Assembly (NCBI GenBank): GCA_963750995.1
Contig: CAVVST010000003.1
Span: 217,018 to 281,017 of the forward strand
Length of the DNA stretch: 64,000 nucleotides
Source: an uncultured Acidobacteriota bacterium
GTDB taxonomy: Bacteria; Acidobacteriota; Vicinamibacteria; Vicinamibacterales; UBA2999
Reading direction: 5' to 3'
The translations under genes and the position numbers were made by a program. The stretch's first letter is position 1, and the number at the start of each line of letters is the position of its first letter. This document shows positions 1 to 7,594 of this stretch, in pieces. The notes under the pieces are model-generated. The model did no database searches and was not told the DNA's origin. It saw only the letters and a program-made list of their open reading frames with translations.

Positions 1-61
1 CGCTGCCGGCGAGCAGGAGGAGAAGCAGCCGAAGATAGGCCGGGTGGGGACCGGTCTTCAT
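1..61 (-). CDS. 5' end of an exported-protein gene running off the left edge (partial)
   Basis: Minus-strand ATG at 61-59 reads MKTGPHPAYLRLLLLLLAGS..., signal-peptide-like. Only 20 codons are visible. Confidence 0.3.
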   Translation of the reverse strand, partial: MKTGPHPAYLRLLLLLLAGS

Positions 62-337
62 GTGACGAAACCTCACTCAGGTGGGGACCAATTGTATCGT
101 CGGCGTAGGGTGCAGACCGCGACGCGTCGGAGAGCCGCCGACAAAAGTCATCCGTCAGGGCGCATTCGGCTGCCGTCGCGGGACGCAGTCGGACATCCGG
201 CTCGAAGGCTCGGCAATTCGCCGCGAAAATGGCGCTTTGTCTGGCGAGACAATTGCGTTCAAGCCAAAGGGCGACGGGAGGCCGGCTCCCTGGGTTGAAC
301 GCACTACTACACGAAACCATCCAAAGGCACTGCGAGA

Positions 338-1772
338 ATGGGCACAAAGAGCATCTGTTGTATCGGGGCGGGGTACGTCGGTGGACCGACGATGGCGATG
401 ATTGCCTCCCGCTGCCCGGACATCTCGGTCACGGTCGTCGACCTGAATGCAGAACGCATTGCGGCCTGGAACTCGAACAGGCTCCCGATTTACGAACCAG
501 GTCTCGATGCGGTGGTTCGCTCGACGAGAAACAGGAATCTCTTCTTCTCGACCGATGTCGATGAAGGTATTCGACGCGCCGGAATGATTTTCGTGAGCGT
601 CAATACTCCGACGAAAAGCTACGGGATCGGCGCCGGCAGCGCGGCCGACCTCAAGAACGTCGAGTTGTGCGCCCGGCGCATTGCCGCCGTGGCGCAGGAT
701 GACAAAATCGTCGTGGAGAAGTCGACGCTCCCGGTAACGTACTGCTGAATCCTTGAAACGGGTTCTTCATGCCAACGCCTCAGGGCGCAGGTTCGAAATC
801 CTGTCCAATCCCGAGTTCCTCGCTGAAGGGACTGCCGTTGCCGATCTCGAGCACCCCGATCGCGTCTTGATCGGAGGCGAAACCACGCCGACCGGTGCTC
901 ACGCGGTTGAGCAGCTCGTGGATATCTATGCGCGATGGGTGCCGCGCGAGCGTATCTTGACCACAAATGTCTGGTCGAGCGAGCTCTCCAAGCTCGTCTC
1001 GAATGCCCTGCTTGCTCAACGGATATCCTCCGTAAATGCGCTTTCTGCCCTCTGTGAAGCTACCGGCGCCGACGTCGATGAAGTGGCTGCCGCGGCCGGG
1101 CGAGACAGCCGGATCGGATCCAAGTTTCTGAAGGCGTCGGTCGGGTTCGGCGGTTCTTGCTTCCAGAAGGACATCCTGAACCTTGTATACCTGTGCCGAC
1201 ACTACGGCCTGGAGGAAGTTGCCGATTACTGGGAGCAGGTCGTCGAGATCAACGTCTGGCAAAAGACACGATTCGTCCGCCGCATGATTCGAACGATGTT
1301 CGACAACATCGCGGGCAAGCGCATCGCCGTGCTGGGTTTCGCGTTCAAGAAGGACACTGACGACACGCGCGAATCGGCCGCGATCGACGTCTGCACCGCC
1401 CTGCTGGCTGAACAGGCCGAGCTTGCGATCTACGATCCACAGGTCGAGCCCGAGGTGATCCTGAGGGAACTTCAGCGCGCCACTGGACTGGAGCGGTCTG
1501 AGCTCAAGAACCGGGTCCAATGCGAGCCCGATGCATACCGGGCCGCGGCAGGCGCGCATGCACTTGCTGTGATGACGGAATGGGACGAGTTCAAGGCGTT
1601 GGATTTCGACCGTGTCTACCGCCGGATGAACAAGCCTGCTTTTGCGTTCGACGGAAGAAACATACTTCCCCATGCCGCGATGCGAGCCCTCGGCTTCGAG
1701 GTCCACGCCATTGGAAAGCCGGTGCCGGTCGAACGCGGTTCGGATTCTGGCGCACTTCGGCTTGTCGGCTAG
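338..1772 (+). pseudogene. ugd: UDP-glucose 6-dehydrogenase interrupted by a single-base frameshift (pseudogene or sequencing error)
   Basis: ORF 338-748 ([20 protein letters not shown]-binding GxGxxG) and ORF 753-1772 (FEILSNPEFLAEGTA, GFGGSCFQKD) are the N- and C-terminal parts of one UGDH. Removing one A at 736/737 (ccggtaAcgtact) restores ...[15 protein letters not shown]... Confidence 0.85.
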
Positions 1773-1789
1773 TGCTGCTCCGGTCGACG

Positions 1790-1972
1790 CTAACCTAGAC
1801 CGCGTTGAACGATGAGTTGAACCGTATATTGGCCGGTCTGCGTATAGGTCTGGGCGGGATGTGCCTGTGTGGAAGTGGCGGAATCGCCAAAGCCCACAGG
1901 TAGGTCAGCGGCTGCGGCTTCAGGATCTGCCGAACCGGCGCTGGAGAAGTTGACCGTCAGCGGCGCGGGGCC
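1790..1972 (-). pseudogene. orphan PKD-domain fragment (no start codon, no upstream partner)
   Basis: The last 60 codons of ORF 1790-2341 read GPAPLTVNFSSAGSADPEAAAADLPVGFGDSATSTQAHPAQTYTQTGQYTVQLIVQR. This fits the PKD pattern (PLTVxF...WDFGDG...HtY...GxYTVxLxV). The segment begins only after the MFS stop at 1978. Confidence 0.45.
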
Positions 1973-1977
1973 CTGTT

Positions 1978-3342
1978 CTATCGTCCTGCCGTCGCCACCG
2001 ACCGCGCGGCGCGGACGGCGACGTTCGACTGAATGTGGTTCCGGACCGCCGCCAGCGCTGCGAACACAATCGTCAGCGTCCCCGCGATCAGCGCGAACAT
2101 CCGCGACGGGCCGGATTCGAGCGCCCAGGCGCCCGCGTACGACGAACCGATACCGCCCACCCGCCCGATCGCGACCGCTGTGCCCACGCCCGTCGCGCGA
2201 ATGCCGGCGGGATACACGTGCGCTGCCAGGGCATACATCGTCGACTGGACCGCATTGATCAGTCCGCCGGTCCACGCGAGCATGGCGAGCACGGCGACAG
2301 TCGACTGTTCCCCGACCGGGACGCTGGCGAGCAGCAGGCATCCGCCGATCGCGCCCGCGGTCATGGCGAGCATCGTCAGGCGCGACCCGAGCCGGGCAAA
2401 CGCGATCGCCCCGACGATCGCGCCGACGACGCCGCCAAGATTGAACGCCGTCAGCCCATAGTTTGCCATCGCCACATCGAAGCCGGCGCTCGTGAGCAGC
2501 GACGGCACCCAGTTAACGCCTGTGTATGCGGACAGCAGGCAGAAGAAGAACGCCGCGGCGAGCGCCAGCGTGTCGCGGCGGAACTCCGGCGCGAAGAGCG
2601 ACGCGACCGACGCGCGCGCGACGGTGCGTTCGTGCGAATCGACGAACGCCGTGTCCGGGGAAATGTCGTGCCCGAGGCGCCGCAGGAGTGCCGCGAGCTC
2701 GGGCCAGCGCGACCGATCGCGGGCGAGATACCGCGGCGACTCAGGGAGCACCTTCCAGAGCAGCGCCGCCAAAACGAGCGGCAGCGCGCCGCCGATGAAG
2801 AACAGCGCCCGCCACCCGTAGGAGGGCAGAATCACAGCACCGGTGAACCCGGCGAGCGTGCCGCCAAGCGGAATGCACACAACCGTGAGCGTGACGGCGA
2901 ACGGGCGGCGGCGCAGCGGCACGTACTCAGAAGCGAGCGCGGCGGCGTTCGGCATCGCACCGCCGAGGCCAAGGCCCGCGACAAAGCGCAGCGCCGTCAG
3001 TGTCGTGACGTCGCCGGCAAACGCCATCAGGAGCGTCAACACGCCGAACGAGATGACGCTGCCGAGCAGCGCCATGCGGCGGCCGATCCGATCGCCGATG
3101 TAGCCGCCGATGAACCCGCCGATCATCATCCCGAAGAGCGCAGCCGCCAGGACCGTGGCGAAGGCGGGACGCGGCAGCGACCATTCGCGCATCATCGAGG
3201 GAATCGCGGCGCCGAGCAGCTGGTTGTCGAGGCCGTCGAAAATGATCGTCAACGCGGTGGCGGCGACGAGCAGCTTCTGATACCCGCTCCAGCTTCCTTC
3301 GTCGAGGAGCGCGCCGACGTCTGCGGTCGTGTTTCTGCTCAC
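1978..3342 (-). CDS. MFS transporter, aromatic acid:H+ symporter-like (PcaK/MhpT-type)
   Basis: 454 aa with about 12 hydrophobic spans. The N-terminus WSGYQKLLVAATALTIIFDGLDNQLLG and the motif GGYIGDRIGRR (MFS loop 2-3) are typical of the AAHS subfamily. Confidence 0.8.
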   Translation of the reverse strand: MSRNTTADVGALLDEGSWSGYQKLLVAATALTIIFDGLDNQLLGAAIPSMMREWSLPRPAFATVLAAALFGMMIGGFIGGYIGDRIGRRMALLGSVISFGVLTLLMAFAGDVTTLTALRFVAGLGLGGAMPNAAALASEYVPLRRRPFAVTLTVVCIPLGGTLAGFTGAVILPSYGWRALFFIGGALPLVLAALLWKVLPESPRYLARDRSRWPELAALLRRLGHDISPDTAFVDSHERTVARASVASLFAPEFRRDTLALAAAFFFCLLSAYTGVNWVPSLLTSAGFDVAMANYGLTAFNLGGVVGAIVGAIAFARLGSRLTMLAMTAGAIGGCLLLASVPVGEQSTVAVLAMLAWTGGLINAVQSTMYALAAHVYPAGIRATGVGTAVAIGRVGGIGSSYAGAWALESGPSRMFALIAGTLTIVFAALAAVRNHIQSNVAVRAARSVATAGR

Positions 3343-3485
3343 TGCTCCCCCTTGGAGTCCGGCTGAAGCCGGACACTACGACCAGTACCGAAGCCGGACA
3401 CTGCGACCAGTACACGTAGTGTCCGCCTTGAGGCGGACCGGTTCCGCGGATTCTACGTTATGCTTCGCGTTCACGGGTAGATCGA

Positions 3486-4466
3486 ATGGAGTCCACGATC
3501 CGGTCCTGCGACCTCGCGCACCTCGCCCACGTTGAGCTGCTGACGCCGACACTCGACGACAGCGTCCGCTTCTTTGCCGACGTGTTCGGCATGACGGAGT
3601 CGGGACGACGCGGAGAGTCAGTGTATTTGCGCGGCTGGGACGACTACGAGCATCACACGCTCAAGCTCACCGCGTCCCGGGTCGCCGGGATGGGGCATTT
3701 CGCGTATCGAGCGAGCAGTCCCGACGGGTTGGAGCGGCGCGTGGGTGTGATTGAAGCGTCAGGATTCGGGAAGGGTTGGACCGACGGCGATCTCGGCCAC
3801 GGGCGCGCGTATGCGTTCACGACGCCCGACGGCCACCACATGGAGATCTACTACGAAACGGAGTGGTACCAGCCGCCGCCGGCGCTGAAGCCCGCGCTCA
3901 AGAACCAGGCGCAGCGCTTTCCCGCGCGCGGCGTCAACGTGCGCCGGCTCGATCACATGAACCTGCTGACGTCGGACGTCGCGACGCTGCGCCGCTTCAT
4001 GGAGGACGTCGTCGGGCTTCGCACGACCGAGATGATCGTGCTCGACACGAAAGTGGAAGCCGGTGGCTGGGTCACATGCAACAACAAGAGCTACGACCTG
4101 GCGTTCACGCTGGATCATTACGGCGCGATGGGGCGCTTCCACCATGTCACCTACGCGGTCGATTCACGCGAGGACGTGCTGCGCGCCGCCGACATCTTCC
4201 TCGAAGCCGGCGTGCACATCGAAACGGGTCCGCACAAGCACGCGATTCAACAGACGTTCTTCCTCTACGTGTATGAGCCCGGCGGCAACCGTGTCGAGGT
4301 GGCGAATGCCGGCGCGCGGCTGGTGCTGGCGCCCGACTGGCAGCCGATCGTCTGGACCGAGGCCGATCGCAGGAAAGGACAGGCCTGGGGCTTGAAGACA
4401 ATCGAAAGCTTTCACACGCACGGCACGCCGCCGATCGATCAATACGAAGGTCCAAGAAAACGATGA
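3486..4466 (+). CDS. extradiol ring-cleavage dioxygenase (catechol 2,3-dioxygenase-like, two VOC modules)
   Basis: 326 aa. LAHVELLTPTLDDSVRFFADVFGM, HHMEIYYE, RLDHMNL, FHHVTYAV and FFLYVYEPGGNRVE are hallmarks of type I extradiol dioxygenases. Confidence 0.8.
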   Translation: MESTIRSCDLAHLAHVELLTPTLDDSVRFFADVFGMTESGRRGESVYLRGWDDYEHHTLKLTASRVAGMGHFAYRASSPDGLERRVGVIEASGFGKGWTDGDLGHGRAYAFTTPDGHHMEIYYETEWYQPPPALKPALKNQAQRFPARGVNVRRLDHMNLLTSDVATLRRFMEDVVGLRTTEMIVLDTKVEAGGWVTCNNKSYDLAFTLDHYGAMGRFHHVTYAVDSREDVLRAADIFLEAGVHIETGPHKHAIQQTFFLYVYEPGGNRVEVANAGARLVLAPDWQPIVWTEADRRKGQAWGLKTIESFHTHGTPPIDQYEGPRKR

Positions 4467-5563
4467 ACCCACCATTCCGCGCCGATCACGTAGGCAGTCT
4501 GCTGCGACCCCCGCATCTCAAGGATGCGCGCCAGCGGTTCAAGCAGAAGCAGATCCCGAAAGACGAGCTGCGCGCCGTCGAAGACGACGCGATCCGCGAG
4601 GTCGTGCGTCAACAGGAGGCGGTCGGGCTCCAGAGCATCACCGACGGCGAGTTCCGCCGCGAGTTCTTTCACCTCGATTTTCTCCAGCGGTTGCAGGGCG
4701 TGACGACGTCGGCCGGCGTCGGCGCGAAGTTTCACACGCGCGAAGGCGAGATCGATTTCGCGCCGCCCCGCGTGACCGTCACCGGCAAGCTGCGCCACGT
4801 GCAGGACATCCAGACGGCCGACTTCCAGTTTCTGCAATCGGTGACCACCAGGACGCCGAAGGTCGCGATCCCCTCGCCCACCATGGTGCACTTCCGCGGG
4901 GGGCGCAAAGGCATCGACATCACGGCCTACCCCGACCTCGATGAGTTCTTCGAAGATCTGGCGCAGGTCTACCGCGACGAAGTCGCCTCACTCTACGCAG
5001 CCGGGTGCCGCTACATCCAGTTCGACGACACCAACCTGGCCTACCTCTGCGACGAGCAGCAGCGGGCGCAGGCAAAGGCGCGGGGCGACGACCCGAACCA
5101 GCTGCCGCATGCCTACGCGGCGCTGATCAATGCGGTGATCGATGGCCGGCCGAACGATCTGACGGTTGCGGTGCATCTCTGTCGCGGCAACATGCAGAGC
5201 GCGTGGGTTGCCGAAGGAGGGTACGAGCCTGTCGCCGACGCCCTGTTCAATGAACTGCACGTCGATGCGTACTTTCTCGAGTACGACGATGCGCGATCGG
5301 GGGGATTCGAGCCGCTGCGGTTCGTGCCCGACGGCAAGGTGGTCGTGCTCGGCCTGATGACGACAAAAGTCGCCGAGATCGAACCGGTAAATGACCTGGC
5401 CCGCCGGATCGAGGAGGCGACCCGCTACGTACCGCTCGAACGGCTGTGCGTGAGCCCGCAGTGCGGCTTCTCGAGCACGGTGCACGGCAATCAGATTACC
5501 GAGGCGGATCAGTGGGCCAAGCTCGAGCGGCTGCTCGAGCTGACCCGCCAGGTCTGGAGATGA
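4463..5563 (+). CDS. MetE-like single-domain protein (cobalamin-independent methionine synthase C-terminal family)
   Basis: 366 aa with FRADHVGSLLRP..., ITDGEFRR, LCVSPQCGFSS. The start overlaps the upstream stop (ATGA at 4463-4466). Confidence 0.75.
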   Translation: MNPPFRADHVGSLLRPPHLKDARQRFKQKQIPKDELRAVEDDAIREVVRQQEAVGLQSITDGEFRREFFHLDFLQRLQGVTTSAGVGAKFHTREGEIDFAPPRVTVTGKLRHVQDIQTADFQFLQSVTTRTPKVAIPSPTMVHFRGGRKGIDITAYPDLDEFFEDLAQVYRDEVASLYAAGCRYIQFDDTNLAYLCDEQQRAQAKARGDDPNQLPHAYAALINAVIDGRPNDLTVAVHLCRGNMQSAWVAEGGYEPVADALFNELHVDAYFLEYDDARSGGFEPLRFVPDGKVVVLGLMTTKVAEIEPVNDLARRIEEATRYVPLERLCVSPQCGFSSTVHGNQITEADQWAKLERLLELTRQVWR

Positions 5564-6258
5564 TCGCGATTCGGTCGTCCGTTGGAACAACTGCCGCCTG
5601 TCTCCTCTCTTTGGTGGCGGTCGCGCAACCTGGCGAGGCGCAGCAGCTCAGAATTGAGAGCGCGTACCCCCGCCAACTGCCACCGGGTCAGACCACTGTG
5701 ATTCAGGTGGCCATTTCAAGCCGCGACCCCATCCAGACTGCCGAAATCTCTCCGGCGCAGGGCCTCAGGGTGTCACGGATTCAGCAGCGCGAAAGCGCTC
5801 AGGGTGCGCTCACCTGGTCTGAGCTGACGATAGATGTAGCCCAGGATGCGGCGCCTGGGACGCGCACGCTCGTGCTGGTAATGCCGCTGCCGACGGGGCG
5901 CACGGCGCCGCTGCCCCTGACGGTGCCGACGCACGCACCGAGCGTTGGCGACCTGCGTGTACTCTCGGCGTCATCAACGCAGGCAACGCTCGAATTGCAG
6001 CTGGCGGCGTCCGACGCCTCCGGCGATCTCAGCGAGCGGCCGTACGTCTGGTTCAGCCTTGGCTGCGGCGTCGAGCCGCTCGTCGGGGTTGTCCGCGGTC
6101 GAGTGACGCCGCAAAGTGCCGGGAACATCTTCGTCCGGGCGAGCCTCCCCAGCCCGCGCGCGCCAGCCAGCGGGACGTGCGATCTGCAGGTGAGGCTCAC
6201 CGACTCCGCAGGTATCGAGAGCAACACCTTGAAGACAACCGTCACCTTCAGGCCCTGA
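5560..6258 (+). CDS. secreted hypothetical protein (beta-rich, two Ig-like halves)
   Basis: Internal ATG at 5560 overlaps the MetE-like stop (ATGA). It gives MIAIRSSVGTTAACLLSLVAVAQPGEAQ, a signal peptide. The 5446 start in the ORF track lies inside the upstream gene. Confidence 0.55.
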   Translation: MIAIRSSVGTTAACLLSLVAVAQPGEAQQLRIESAYPRQLPPGQTTVIQVAISSRDPIQTAEISPAQGLRVSRIQQRESAQGALTWSELTIDVAQDAAPGTRTLVLVMPLPTGRTAPLPLTVPTHAPSVGDLRVLSASSTQATLELQLAASDASGDLSERPYVWFSLGCGVEPLVGVVRGRVTPQSAGNIFVRASLPSPRAPASGTCDLQVRLTDSAGIESNTLKTTVTFRP

Positions 6259-6295
6259 AAGCCGCGGTGCCGAACCGTTTGAGGAGGAATCCCTC

Positions 6296-6979
6296 ATGCG
6301 CACGCACTTGATCCCTCTCATGTCGGCGACCTTGGTACTCTCGCTGGGGCAACCTTCGTTCGCGCAGGAATGGGTGGAGGTTACGAGCCAGGAGGAACGC
6401 CTTTCCCTCGTCTTCCCTGGTCCACCCCAGGTCACCGAGACCCCATGGGTATCGCAGTTCGGCGCTATCCTGCCAGCGCGGGTCTACCGCGTGGCGCGTG
6501 GGCAGAGCCACTACTCAGCGACGGTGGTCGACTACAACCCGATCGAGCGCCTGCTCGTCGAGCGGTCCCGGTCCTGCCCACCGGGCACCAACACCTGTCA
6601 GGGCATCCCGGACTGGGGCATCGGCTATTGGAAGACCGACATGCGCGGCGCGCTCCTGTATGCCTTGTCGAAGTTCCTGGAACGCGATGCGAAGGCCACG
6701 TCCGTGATCTGGAACGGCATTGCGCTGGTCCAGGGGCTGGAACTGCGGCTGACCAACACGGCCGACCAGTCGCGCACCTTCGCGTCGATCTACATGCACG
6801 AGAACCGGCTCGTGATCATGGAGGCGACGGTGCCTCGTGGCGACCCGCCGCCGGTGGCCTTCAACGAGTCGCTCAACTGGCTCGACGAACAGGGCCGGGC
6901 GGTCCGCTACGTCTCAACCTACGTCAATATGCCGGACGTGCCCAAGCCCGCACCGCGCGGTGCGCCACCGGCGCAGTGA
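6296..6979 (+). CDS. secreted hypothetical protein
   Basis: GAGGAGG Shine-Dalgarno sequence lies 7 nt upstream. Signal peptide MRTHLIPLMSATLVLSLGQPSFAQ. No family recognised. Confidence 0.6.
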   Translation: MRTHLIPLMSATLVLSLGQPSFAQEWVEVTSQEERLSLVFPGPPQVTETPWVSQFGAILPARVYRVARGQSHYSATVVDYNPIERLLVERSRSCPPGTNTCQGIPDWGIGYWKTDMRGALLYALSKFLERDAKATSVIWNGIALVQGLELRLTNTADQSRTFASIYMHENRLVIMEATVPRGDPPPVAFNESLNWLDEQGRAVRYVSTYVNMPDVPKPAPRGAPPAQ

Positions 6980-6992
6980 TCAACCTTATGTG

Positions 6993-7376
6993 CTACCGGC
7001 GTTTTGCGGCCTCGTAGATGCTGGCCGATCCGCCGCCGATCGCCGCGCCGATGAGCGCGCCCTTCTTGCCATTGAGCACTGCCCCGACCCCGGCGCCGGT
7101 CGCGGCCCCTCCGGCGATCATCAGGGCGGACTTCGTCTTCGAGCGCTCTGGCGTGCGCTCGACGTACTGCTCCGTCGAACGCCGTGCGACGGTACGAGAC
7201 GTCCCGTACGTCGCCGGACGCGCCTGCCCCACGCGGTCGTTGTCGCAGCGGGCGACGACCGAAGGCTGACCGTCGCTCGCATATCTGTAACCCTGCGCCG
7301 AACTGACGGCCGGCGCGCCCAGCGTTCCCACGACGACGAGACCGACGGCGGCGATCTTCACGCTATTCCAAACCAT
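6993..7376 (-). CDS. small exported glycine-zipper protein
   Basis: Start taken at the internal M (MVWNSVKIAAVGLVVVGTLGAPAVSSAQG signal). The C-terminus ALMIAGGAATGAGVGAVLNGKKGALIGAAIGGGSASIYEA is a glycine-zipper motif. Confidence 0.55.
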   Translation of the reverse strand: MVWNSVKIAAVGLVVVGTLGAPAVSSAQGYRYASDGQPSVVARCDNDRVGQARPATYGTSRTVARRSTEQYVERTPERSKTKSALMIAGGAATGAGVGAVLNGKKGALIGAAIGGGSASIYEAAKRR

Positions 7377-7594
7377 GGCATCCACTCCTCTCGCGCACGA
7401 GCCTTGACGACTCCGATCGCGCGGTGAGACAGACGCGGCACCTGCCTCGGCGTTCTCCAAGGAAGGTGCCAGTCTCATGATCTGCGGCGAATGGCGGGAA
7501 TGACAGCGAATCGGCGAAGGCTCGCGCCGCGCCTGTACTGGTGAGCGGAATACGGATGAGCCCGGCTGGGGACGCGCGACGAAGTGACCTGCGC

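Noticed and set aside
788-802. tRNA T-arm-like string GGTTCGAAATCC
   Set aside because: It lies inside the ugd coding frame (GRRFEILSNPEF). No acceptor or anticodon stems can be drawn around it. I found no convincing tRNA, rRNA or tmRNA elsewhere.
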